From an uncultured Eubacteriales bacterium (lineage in GTDB: Bacteria; Bacillota; Clostridia; Oscillospirales; CAG-272), in contig CASTST010000004.1 in the NCBI GenBank assembly GCA_949451655.1, positions 1 to 49,960 on the forward strand: a DNA stretch of 49,960 nucleotides. Reading direction: 5' to 3'. Below, one piece after another: positions 8,537 through 17,618 of this stretch; positions within the stretch are counted from its first letter, which is position 1, and every line of letters starts with the position of its first letter. Under the pieces are notes generated by a model. It did not search any database and had not been told where the DNA came from. It saw nothing but the letters and a program-made list of their open reading frames with translations. The translations under genes and the position numbers were made by a program.

Positions 8537-10369
8537 TCACAGCTTATAACTGCGGGTTATATTACTGCGTTCCGCAGCCAAGTCAAGCGCGTCAGCGGGC
8601 AGCCATGTAGTATATGGAGTACCGCTGGCTCCGGCAGCCTGCATATCACACAAAGTCAGCGACTGCCCATTATTATCAAAATGGAACAGCCTGCCGCACA
8701 AATAAGCAGGTTCTGCATTCTTTAGCAACAGCCTCTCCGGAGAAATCTGCGGTGTGACGGTATCATCCGTTTGATCCGGCGCATAAAATCCGTCCCATGC
8801 AAGCAGCAGCGGTCCTCTGTATACAGAGCATTTCCCTTCGTATGTTTTCTCCCCGGGGGCAAACCGCAGGGACATGTCAAAGTGGATTGTCACAGTATCG
8901 CCGTCCGCCCATTCCCTTTCAATAGGGAAATATCCGGGACGCACTGTTCCCTGTACCGGAACATCGTTGACCTGTACGGAAGTTTCTTCAGACCAGAAGG
9001 GAATGCGGACAAAAATCTTACGCAGCCTGCCCTCCAATCCGGATATCTCCAGGCGAACGCGCCCATCATAGGGATACTCTGTAGTCTGCCGTATGTGCAT
9101 ATTCGTTCCGTCCACTTCGAAATTGCCTTCACTGTCACCGTAGTAGTTGATATAAAGAGATGTGCCATCTGTCATATATGCCCAGCGGGCAAGCTCGCCA
9201 AACATACGGGGGGCGTTTACGGAACAGCAGTTCAAATCGGGACTGCCTGCACGGCACTGAAATCCGATTTCCCAATAATTTGCTTTTTTGTCCCCTTCCA
9301 TGGGGGTGTTATAGGTAGACCATCTTCCTGTAGGAGAAAAGCTACCCAGTCCTGCGTTATAAGTAGAAAGCTCCAGCGCATCTGCTGCTGTTACATCTCC
9401 AGTAAGCTGCAGCATGTCGGAAGTCAGCGCCATGTAAGCAACCGTACAGCAGGTTTCAATCGCTCCCGGTTCAAAAGGGTTGCCAATTGCCTGCTCACCC
9501 GTGGAGAACCCGCCGGTGTTGTGCACATCTGTTTGCGTGATGCTGCGCCAGATTTGTGTAAAGGCTTTGCGGTAATCGTCCTCGCCGGTGCAGTAGTACA
9601 ACTGAGCAATCAGCTCTATGGCGTGGAGACTTTCCCAACGGGGCTTTGGTGTTTTGTAATATTCCTGATTGGCGAGCGCAAGACGGTAATAATCTCCGCA
9701 TCCGGGCGCTGCAAAATCCTGGAGCACCTCAAGCGCAAAATCCAGATATTTCTGCTCCTTCGTTTTCCGATACAATATAGCAAACACATGCCCGGGAGCA
9801 TAATTCATTTCTGTTTCGCCCATATCATAAAGCCGACGGTTGCCCGTCTCCGGATTATAGAAGGTTTTGCAGAACAAATCGGCAATTTTTATCACGCAAT
9901 CCCATGCTGTGCTGTCTCCGGTTTCTTCATACCACAGCAAAAGACCGGACATGATGTGATAATGCGCCCAGCCGTCCCATGTGTTATACGGATCCTGATC
10001 CCCGATCTTTTCCCGCGCAGAACGTCCGCTCAACTGACAGTTCGTGGGCCAGCATCCCATATATCCGTTTTCCTTTTGCAGAGAAATCAATTCTGCGATA
10101 AAAGATTTCAAATATGTATACAGCTTTTGATTTTTTGTCAGCCGGTACAGCAAAACAGAGCAGGTAACGTACTTTCCTGCAAATTCTCCCGACCAGGGAA
10201 GCAGTCTGCGGTTTGGCAACTTATCCGGATATTTCAGCATATCGAGAATCGCCGGATTGGACTCACGAATACCAACAAGCCAATTGTCGATAATGTTGTC
10301 AATCAGTGTTCCAGGCGCGTCGTGCATTTGCAGATGTATTTTGGATACAGGATACAGTTTTTCTATCAT
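8537..10369 (-). CDS. Glycoside hydrolase family 127/146-like (beta-L-arabinofuranosidase-like)
   Basis: WSGEFAGKY, TGGFSTGE, ETCC and NCCSVN motifs; C-terminal TEYPYDG, RIPFWS, YRGPLLLA. Confidence 0.85.
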   Translation of the reverse strand: MIEKLYPVSKIHLQMHDAPGTLIDNIIDNWLVGIRESNPAILDMLKYPDKLPNRRLLPWSGEFAGKYVTCSVLLYRLTKNQKLYTYLKSFIAELISLQKENGYMGCWPTNCQLSGRSAREKIGDQDPYNTWDGWAHYHIMSGLLLWYEETGDSTAWDCVIKIADLFCKTFYNPETGNRRLYDMGETEMNYAPGHVFAILYRKTKEQKYLDFALEVLQDFAAPGCGDYYRLALANQEYYKTPKPRWESLHAIELIAQLYYCTGEDDYRKAFTQIWRSITQTDVHNTGGFSTGEQAIGNPFEPGAIETCCTVAYMALTSDMLQLTGDVTAADALELSTYNAGLGSFSPTGRWSTYNTPMEGDKKANYWEIGFQCRAGSPDLNCCSVNAPRMFGELARWAYMTDGTSLYINYYGDSEGNFEVDGTNMHIRQTTEYPYDGRVRLEISGLEGRLRKIFVRIPFWSEETSVQVNDVPVQGTVRPGYFPIEREWADGDTVTIHFDMSLRFAPGEKTYEGKCSVYRGPLLLAWDGFYAPDQTDDTVTPQISPERLLLKNAEPAYLCGRLFHFDNNGQSLTLCDMQAAGASGTPYTTWLPADALDLAAERSNITRSYKL

Positions 10370-10393
10370 TTTTTGTTTTCTCCAATAGGTATA

Positions 10394-11191
10394 TTATTTA
10401 AGTGCAATTTTGGCAAGATGCGTTTCATTCAAACCCAGCAGATTCGCCACAAAATCCGCATGATCATAGGAACTGTGCGCATCGCTGTCATGGGCATCGC
10501 TGCCGAACAGGAATTTGCATCCGCATTCCTTGGCAATCCGGAACATACGAAGCTGCGGACAAGATTCAATTTCCGCATCCGTCTTTTTATGCATGGATTC
10601 CACATTGATTTCTATTGCAATATCCTTTTCGGCAGTCTGATCAAACAGTCTTTTAAAGCAATCATCGGAAATCATGTTCATCAGGATTGTATAATCGTAT
10701 GGGCAGCCCACTGCTTCAAAGGGATGCGCAATCGCTGTGATATATTTGCTCACACTGCTGCCAATAATATCCTTGTAAGCCTGGATCATAAAATCCACAT
10801 GCTTTTGATAAGGTTCGTAGCAGTCCCGGGGCATGACTATATGGGTATGAGAGTTTGGCACAAGAATATAATCAAACTGTTCGGCTGTTTCTTCTGCCAT
10901 TGCGATATCATGCCGTGCGGGAACATATTCTGTTTCGCAGCCGAAATAAACCTTTATATCCGGTTCGGCAATCGCTTGCAGTTCCGGTTTCAGTTCCAGC
11001 AAATGGGGCAAATTCTGGGGCACATAAAACGGTGTGGCTCCTGGAATTTTTTCATCCCAGAAATGATTGGAAAATCCCAGCTTTGTAAGTCCGTGCTCTT
11101 TTGCAATACGCAGGTAGTTTTCCACTGTTGCCGTTTCGTTTGCACATAAGGACAAATGGGTGTGAATGTGAAAATCATGTTTTATCTTCAT
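10394..11191 (-). CDS. PHP-domain phosphoesterase (histidinol-phosphatase-like)
   Basis: DFHIHT, SNH, GCETE, AHP and GSDAH metal-binding motifs. Confidence 0.88.
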   Translation of the reverse strand: MKIKHDFHIHTHLSLCANETATVENYLRIAKEHGLTKLGFSNHFWDEKIPGATPFYVPQNLPHLLELKPELQAIAEPDIKVYFGCETEYVPARHDIAMAEETAEQFDYILVPNSHTHIVMPRDCYEPYQKHVDFMIQAYKDIIGSSVSKYITAIAHPFEAVGCPYDYTILMNMISDDCFKRLFDQTAEKDIAIEINVESMHKKTDAEIESCPQLRMFRIAKECGCKFLFGSDAHDSDAHSSYDHADFVANLLGLNETHLAKIALK

Positions 11192-11263
11192 ATATTTATC
11201 ATACCTTTCTCATATGCGAGAAAATAGTTTGCAGAGTCTTGCGCCGCTTCCCTTCACCGGAGC

Positions 11264-11553
11264 AGCCAACAATATCCGCTTTGTGGATATTATACCATAA
11301 AAGCAAACGCGAAGCGTTTGTCAGCGGCAAAGCCGCCGAATACGCAGTATTCGCTTTTAGCCGTCAATAAAAACAGCGCAATGCCGCATGGCATTGGTAT
11401 AAGCTGTTTTTATTATACCATGATGCAAAAACGCTTGCTTGCAAGGGCGTTTTTGCGAAGCCGTCAATGACGCAGTCGTGGGAAGCACGCAGCGGCGCCG
11501 CAAAGGCTTACGCAGTAAGTTATTCTGCGTATATTATACCATTCTTCATCAAT
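11264..11553. repeat. Periodic array of conserved blocks TATTATACCAT / AGCCGTCAAT separated by variable hairpins
   Basis: TATTATACCAT at 11288, 11411, 11532; AGCCGTCAAT at 11359, 11459; variants at 11264 and 11547. Confidence 0.85.
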
Positions 11554-11659
11554 AGATAGCAAGTTATTTTCACATATACGGAAATAATTTTCGCACATTT
11601 CAGCAAATATTTTTCCTCTTGACCCAATATCACAAATATGATACTATATCAATATAATC

Positions 11660-12751
11660 ATGATTACTTATGAAAGGATGACTGCCATGCGTCCAAAATC
11701 TGTTTTAGCAGCACTCCTGTGCATATCCATGCTCGTTGCCATACTGCTAACCAGTCACATATTTGCAGCAGAATGCGTGCATAGCTATGAATCAAATATT
11801 ATTGCAGCCACTTGTATAGATAAAGAACAAATTCAATACACTTGCCGCCTTTGCAAAGATTCCTATTCCATTCCGGCAGATGCGCCTGCTCTCCCCGATT
11901 CCTGCTATGTGCTTATAAAAAGCACAAAAGACAACGAGCAGCTTACCGTTACTGTAACACTGGAAAACAACCCGGGTATACATTCCATGCGAATGAATTT
12001 TCATTATAATCCGCAGGCGCTGCGCCCGGTGTCCCGCATTAACGGAAATGTATGGACAGACCGGGAATGCTGGTCAAGTGCCTCGCCAACAGAAAATCCC
12101 TTTTCCTATGCAGCTCAGTATAGTAATTTAACCGAAAACAATACCAAAAACGGTTTGATTTGCACGCTGATATTTGATATTTTAGATGATACTGCTGACT
12201 ATAACTTTACAGTCACCCTGGATAAAAAACCATTTATAGATTACAATAGCAATGTAATAGATGCAACAATAATAAACATAGTAGGAAAAAGCGAATTTGG
12301 CAGTCATACATATGAACAGCGCACAGTTCCCCCGACTTGTACGGAAACAGGTTCAGTAAACGATGTCTGCATCCACTGCGGAGATACCGTTTTGATAGAA
12401 ACGCTTCCTGCCGCAGGACATCAATGGACATTTACTGAAGAAATCATTTGTCCTACTTTTGAAAGCACCGGAATCGCATTGTATACCTGCCCGGACTGTG
12501 GAAACACCAAAGAAGAAACCCTCCCGATTCTGGAACATTGGAGAAAAGGAGATTTGAATAACGATCACGAACTCACTTCGTTAGATGTGGTATACATGCG
12601 CAGGTTGTTACTGCTATACATTGACGGCTCCCCGCAAATGTATGATGCGGCAGATCTGGATGAAGACGGCACGATATCTCCATTAGATTTTGTTACACTC
12701 CAACGAATCGTTTCGGGAATAATACCGTATCCGCCCGAATGGGAATGGTAA
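11660..12751 (+). CDS. Secreted protein with cohesin-like domain, His/CxxC repeats and C-terminal dockerin
   Basis: Signal peptide; LTVTVTLENNPGI...FHYNPQAL cohesin-like segment; KGDLNNDHELTSLD and AADLDEDGTISPLD duplicated Ca-binding loops; start may be the later ATG near 11687. Confidence 0.8.
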   Translation: MITYERMTAMRPKSVLAALLCISMLVAILLTSHIFAAECVHSYESNIIAATCIDKEQIQYTCRLCKDSYSIPADAPALPDSCYVLIKSTKDNEQLTVTVTLENNPGIHSMRMNFHYNPQALRPVSRINGNVWTDRECWSSASPTENPFSYAAQYSNLTENNTKNGLICTLIFDILDDTADYNFTVTLDKKPFIDYNSNVIDATIINIVGKSEFGSHTYEQRTVPPTCTETGSVNDVCIHCGDTVLIETLPAAGHQWTFTEEIICPTFESTGIALYTCPDCGNTKEETLPILEHWRKGDLNNDHELTSLDVVYMRRLLLLYIDGSPQMYDAADLDEDGTISPLDFVTLQRIVSGIIPYPPEWEW

Positions 12752-12804
12752 ATTCAAAGGCTTCCTTACATAAGGAAGCCTTTTTGTTTCATTTGCTTGT
12801 GCAC

Positions 12805-12997
12805 AGCAAAACTCGGAAGGGTTGTCTGTACCGCTTTCAAATGGATGAACCTGAAAACGATGGCAGGACAATCCCCATCCACTTCGTGGGAGCCCCCTTT
12901 GCACAAAGGGGGCTTTTTATGTTATTCTACACAAAGTCATTCCCCAGTAAAAGGCGCTGTCACAGCCAAGCGTAGCGATTGTGACTGCGGAATTGTC
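12805..12997. repeat. Palindromic repeat cluster R2
   Basis: ACAATCCCC-hairpin-CCCCCTTTGCACAAAGGGGG; GCTGTCACAGCCAAGCGTAGCGATTGTGACTG identical to R1 4961-4992. Confidence 0.85.
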
Positions 12998-13036
12998 CCT
13001 GCTGTTATTTTGCTGTACTTTCATATAGTCACCGCC

Positions 13037-13279
13037 ATACAATATATAGTGATCGGCAACATGCTAAAAAGCCACGTTCCGCCCCCTTTTCACTGTAAAT
13101 TTGCTTGATGTTCCGATTAAATCACGCACCACGTAAGTACAATATATTGTGCAGTGTTTTATTTTTGAAACCATATATAGATTTTCAACTAAATTCCGCG
13201 TATAAGTTTTGTCAATAATGCCGATATTTGCAGATTTGTCCAAATCGCCTTGACAGGCTACTATATATAGTGCTATAAT
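13037..13279 (+). promoter_or_regulatory. nrdD promoter with several NrdR boxes
   Basis: NrdR-like 16-mers at 13037, 13137, 13168 (31-bp tandem spacing) and 13258; the last lies between TTGACA(13250) and TATAAT(13274). Confidence 0.75.
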
Positions 13280-13340
13280 AAGTTCCGTCAAGAAAACACC
13301 ACAGTCTGAAACGACATGCAATAAACATAAGGAGTGCATC

Positions 13341-15707
13341 ATGTATCAAGTACAAAAGAGAGACGGAAAAGTTACAGAATTTGATTTGTCCAAAATCAGC
13401 AGCGCCATCACTCTGGCTTTTGAAGCACAGGAAAAGGAATATGTTCCTTCTATTATAGACTTTCTGGCGCTTAAAGTAACTGCAAACTTTGAACCGAAAA
13501 TCAAAGACGGCATCATCGCTGTAGAAGATATTCAGGACAGCGTAGAATCCGTTTTAGTGCAGGCAGGCTACGACGATGTAGCAAAAGCATATATCTTGTA
13601 CCGCCGCCAGCGCGAAAAAGTGCGTAACATTGAATCCACTCTGCTGGACTATAAAGAAATTGTCAATAATTACGTAAAGCTCAACGACTGGAGAGTAAAA
13701 GAGAACTCTACCGTCACCTATTCCGTAGGCGGTTTGATCCTGTCCAACTCCGGCGCTATTACTGCAAACTATTGGCTTTCTGAAATTTATGATGATGAAA
13801 TCGCCTCTGCGCACAGAAATGCAGATATCCATATTCATGACTTGTCCATGCTCACCGGATACTGTGCAGGCTGGTCCCTCCGTCAGTTAATCAAGGAAGG
13901 GCTGGGCGGCGTTCCCGGAAAAATCACCAGTTCTCCTGCCAGCCACCTGGCAACACTGTGCAACCAAATGGTCAACTTCCTTGGTATCATGCAGAATGAA
14001 TGGGCTGGCGCACAGGCGTTTTCCTCTTTTGATACATATCTGGCTCCGTTTGTCAAAGTGGACAATCTGTCCTATGAGCAGGTAAAGAAATGTATCGAAA
14101 GCTTTATCTATGGCGTAAACACTCCTTCCAGATGGGGTACACAGGCACCCTTCTCCAATATCACATTGGACTGGACCGTCCCCGCAGACCTTGCAGAGGA
14201 AAACTGCATCATTGGCGGCAAGGAAGTTGATTTCAAATACAAAGACTGTAAAAAAGAAATGGATATGGTCAACCGTGCCTTTATCGAAATCATGATTGAA
14301 GGCGATGCAAACGGTCGCGGATTCCAGTATCCGATTCCTACATATTCCATCACCCGGGATTTTGACTGGTCCGAAACAGAAAACAACAAGCTGCTGTTTG
14401 AAATGACTGCAAAATACGGCACCCCCTATTTCTCCAACTATATCAACTCCGATATGGAACCCAGCGACGTGCGCTCTATGTGTTGCCGTCTGCGTCTGGA
14501 TCTGCGCGAACTGCGCAAAAAATCCGGCGGCTTCTTCGGAAGCGGTGAGTCCACCGGTTCCGTGGGTGTTGTAACAATCAACATGCCCCGTATCGCATAT
14601 CTTGCCGACAGCCCGGAAGATTTCTACCGCCGTTTGGATCATATCATGGATCTTTCTGCACGCAGCCTGAAAATCAAACGTACTGTAGTCACCAAGCTGA
14701 TGGAGCAGGGACTCTATCCCTACACCAAGCGGTACCTGGGCACCTTCAACAACCACTTCTCCACCATCGGTCTGGTAGGTATGAATGAAGCAGGTCTCAA
14801 TGCAAAATGGCTGAAAAAGGATATGACCCACGCTGAAACCCTGCAGTTCACTAAGGAAGTGCTGGACCACATGCGGGAACGTCTTTCCGACTATCAGGAA
14901 ATGTACGGCGATCTGTACAACCTGGAAGCTACCCCGGCTGAATCCACCAGCTTCCGTCTTGCAAAGCATGATAAGAAACGGTATCCGGAAATTATTACAG
15001 CACACGAAGGTGCAACCCCTTACTATACCAACTCCTCTCACCTGCCTGTAGGATACACCGATGATGTATTCTCTGCTCTGGAATTGCAGGATGATCTGCA
15101 AACCCGGTACACCTCCGGTACAGTATTCCACGCATTCCTTGGAGAAAAGCTCCCCGACTGGAAGGCTGCAGCAACGCTGGTACGTAAAATTGCAGAAAAC
15201 TTCACCCTTCCTTATTATACCCTGTCCCCCACATACTCCGTTTGTAAAGATCACGGTTATATCGCCGGAGAAGCGTTCTCCTGCCCCACCTGCGGCGGTA
15301 AAACAGAGGTTTATTCCCGTATCACCGGTTACTACCGTCCCGTTCTCAACTGGAATGACGGAAAATCCCAGGAATACAAGGATCGCGTAGTTTATAATAT
15401 TGCTACCTCTGTTGTAAAACGCAGTAAGGCGCTTAGCGAAGCAGTGCAGGATGAGGCTCCCGCTGCTGGTGCAAACGACGCTGTTCTGCTGTTTGCAACC
15501 AAAACCTGCCCGAAATGCAAAGTAGCACAATCCCTTCTGGATAAAGCAGGCGTAGAGTACACCAAGCTCTATGTAGAAGAAAACGAAGAACTGGCAAAAA
15601 ATCTGGGACTGCGGCAGGCGCCCACCCTTGTGGTCGGTGACCAGCAGTATACCGAGGTAGCCGGTGTGAAAGCATTTTTAGATAAAACGGCAAAAGTTAC
15701 CGTTTGA
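13341..15707 (+). CDS. nrdD: Anaerobic (class III) ribonucleoside-triphosphate reductase with N-terminal ATP cone and C-terminal glutaredoxin/NrdH-like domain
   Basis: VQKRDG ATP cone, HIHDL, SMCCRL finger loop, EATPAES, CxxH..CPxC, YSRITGY glycyl motif, C-terminal TCPKC...QAPTL. Confidence 0.93.
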   Translation: MYQVQKRDGKVTEFDLSKISSAITLAFEAQEKEYVPSIIDFLALKVTANFEPKIKDGIIAVEDIQDSVESVLVQAGYDDVAKAYILYRRQREKVRNIESTLLDYKEIVNNYVKLNDWRVKENSTVTYSVGGLILSNSGAITANYWLSEIYDDEIASAHRNADIHIHDLSMLTGYCAGWSLRQLIKEGLGGVPGKITSSPASHLATLCNQMVNFLGIMQNEWAGAQAFSSFDTYLAPFVKVDNLSYEQVKKCIESFIYGVNTPSRWGTQAPFSNITLDWTVPADLAEENCIIGGKEVDFKYKDCKKEMDMVNRAFIEIMIEGDANGRGFQYPIPTYSITRDFDWSETENNKLLFEMTAKYGTPYFSNYINSDMEPSDVRSMCCRLRLDLRELRKKSGGFFGSGESTGSVGVVTINMPRIAYLADSPEDFYRRLDHIMDLSARSLKIKRTVVTKLMEQGLYPYTKRYLGTFNNHFSTIGLVGMNEAGLNAKWLKKDMTHAETLQFTKEVLDHMRERLSDYQEMYGDLYNLEATPAESTSFRLAKHDKKRYPEIITAHEGATPYYTNSSHLPVGYTDDVFSALELQDDLQTRYTSGTVFHAFLGEKLPDWKAAATLVRKIAENFTLPYYTLSPTYSVCKDHGYIAGEAFSCPTCGGKTEVYSRITGYYRPVLNWNDGKSQEYKDRVVYNIATSVVKRSKALSEAVQDEAPAAGANDAVLLFATKTCPKCKVAQSLLDKAGVEYTKLYVEENEELAKNLGLRQAPTLVVGDQQYTEVAGVKAFLDKTAKVTV

Positions 15708-15737
15708 CAACAAAATCTATAGGAGCGAAGCCCTTTT

Positions 15738-16658
15738 ATGTATGATATCATAATCGTTGGCGCAGGACCCGCCGGACTTACAGCAGCGCTGTATGCCCGG
15801 CGGGCTGAAAAACATGTGCTGATTTTAGAAAAAGACACTTTTGGCGGACAGATTACTTTTTCGCCCAAAATTGAAAACTATCCGGGATTTGGACAAATCA
15901 GCGGGAACGAGCTTGCAGACATGCTGATTGAACAGGTGCTGGAACAAGGTGCAGAAATCGAACTGGGTACGGTAACAGGAATTACTGTAGACCAAACCGG
16001 CAAAAAAACCGTACATACCGAAAGCGGCGACACATATGAAGCTCCGGCGGTTATCATTGCAAACGGCGCCCGCCACCGGATGTTGGGTATCCCGGGAGAG
16101 ACTGAACTGGTCGGGAAAGGAATTTCCTTCTGTGCCGTTTGTGACGGCGCTTTTTACCGGGGAAAGGAAGTTGCTGTTGTAGGCGGAGGAAACACCGCCC
16201 TGCAGGAAGCAGTGCTTCTATCGGACGGATGCAGAAAAGTAACCGTTATCCAAAACCTGGACTATTTTACCGGCGAGGAACGTCTTTTAAACATCCTGCG
16301 GGAAAGAGAAAATGTGGAACTGATAACAGGCACCATTCTATCCGGATTTGAAACGGAAGCCGGCGAGTTGACTGCCATCCGCTGCACGCCCACAAACGGC
16401 GGAGCTGAATGGAGCAAAAAGCTGGACGGACTTTTCGTTGCAATCGGTCTTGCACCGGACAATGAAGCCTTTAAAAACATTGCAGAACTGGATGCCGGCG
16501 GATATTTCGCTGCAAGCGAGGACTGCTGCACCGCCGCACCGGGTATATTTATTGCAGGCGACTGCCGTGCAAAACGAATCCGACAAATTACCACAGCAAC
16601 TGCGGACGGCTCTGTTGCGGCGCTTGCCGCCTGTACCTATTTAGATTCGCTTTCCTAA
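15738..16658 (+). CDS. trxB: Thioredoxin reductase
   Basis: GAGPAG, CAVCDG, GGGNTA, GIFIAGD, QITTATADG. Confidence 0.9.
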   Translation: MYDIIIVGAGPAGLTAALYARRAEKHVLILEKDTFGGQITFSPKIENYPGFGQISGNELADMLIEQVLEQGAEIELGTVTGITVDQTGKKTVHTESGDTYEAPAVIIANGARHRMLGIPGETELVGKGISFCAVCDGAFYRGKEVAVVGGGNTALQEAVLLSDGCRKVTVIQNLDYFTGEERLLNILRERENVELITGTILSGFETEAGELTAIRCTPTNGGAEWSKKLDGLFVAIGLAPDNEAFKNIAELDAGGYFAASEDCCTAAPGIFIAGDCRAKRIRQITTATADGSVAALAACTYLDSLS

Positions 16659-16683
16659 ATAAAAAACGCCGGGAGGATGTACG

Positions 16684-17337
16684 ATGCTTCAATATTGTTT
16701 TTTTGATTTGGACGGTACAATAACCGATCCAAAAATCGGGATCACTTCTTCTGTTGCATATGCCTTAGAAAAATATGGTATCACAGTTGAGGACAAAGAT
16801 CAGCTTACCACATTCATCGGACCTCCTCTGCACGAATCCTTCTGCAAATACTTTGGATTTTCCCACATGGCTGCTTATGACGCTGTGGATAAATACAGAG
16901 AATACTACAAAGCACAGGGCATTTTTGAAAACTATCTGTATGATGGCATGGCGGACTTGCTGCAGTCCCTACAAAAGGCAGGCATACAAATCATCATGGC
17001 AACCTCAAAGCCGGAAGTTTTTGCCCGGCAGATTGCAGAATACTTTCACATTGATTCATATTTCACCTGTATCACAGGCAGTGAATTGGACGGTACACGA
17101 GTAGCAAAAGATGAGGTGATTGCATGCGCTATGGAGCGCATCGGCATAAAGGATGCGGCAGGCACAATCATGGTCGGAGACCGAATGCATGATATTATAG
17201 GCGCAAAAAAGAACGGAATGCAGTCAATCGGTGTTCTGTACGGATATGGCGATCGTGCAGAATTGGAAGAAGCCGGCGCAAATTATATCGTTGAGTCTGT
17301 AGAAGAGCTGAAAGCACTTTTGCTTTCCATATTATAA
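16684..17337 (+). CDS. HAD-superfamily phosphatase (5'-nucleotidase/PGPase-like)
   Basis: FDLDGT, ATSKP, MVGDRMHD. Confidence 0.85.
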   Translation: MLQYCFFDLDGTITDPKIGITSSVAYALEKYGITVEDKDQLTTFIGPPLHESFCKYFGFSHMAAYDAVDKYREYYKAQGIFENYLYDGMADLLQSLQKAGIQIIMATSKPEVFARQIAEYFHIDSYFTCITGSELDGTRVAKDEVIACAMERIGIKDAAGTIMVGDRMHDIIGAKKNGMQSIGVLYGYGDRAELEEAGANYIVESVEELKALLLSIL

Positions 17338-17341
17338 ACAT

Positions 17342-17376
17342 AAAAAGCCAGAGGGAAAACCCCTCTGGCTTTTTTG
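17342..17376. terminator. Intrinsic terminator of the nrdD-trxB-HAD operon
   Basis: AAAAAGCCAGAGGG-AAAAC-CCCTCTGGCTTTTTT. Confidence 0.8.
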
Positions 17377-17389
17377 TTGATATTACGAA

Positions 17390-17572
17390 GGCTCCCCTGG
17401 GCAAAGAACCCTAAAAGCCTCCCCCCAGTAAAGGGAGGTGTCACAGCTTTGCTGTGAAGGAGGGATTGTTATACTATCGTTTCGCAGCCTCTTCAAATCG
17501 ACAGAACTCTCACAATCCCTCCGTCGCTGTCGCTTCGCTTGGCGACAGCCCTCTTTACACAAAGGGACCTTT
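17390..17572. repeat. Palindromic repeat doublet R3
   Basis: AAGCCTCCCCCCAGTAAAGGGAGGTG-hairpin-GAGGGATTGT...ACAATCCCTCC-hairpin-CTCTTTACACAAAGGG. Confidence 0.9.
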
Positions 17573-17618
17573 TAAAGGATGTACTTCGCTGACAGATTCC
17601 TTTACACCAGGGAAACTT

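Noticed and set aside
8771-11149. 792-aa plus-strand ORF
   Set aside because: Antisense shadow of the motif-bearing GH127 and PHP genes; no recognisable domain or RBS.
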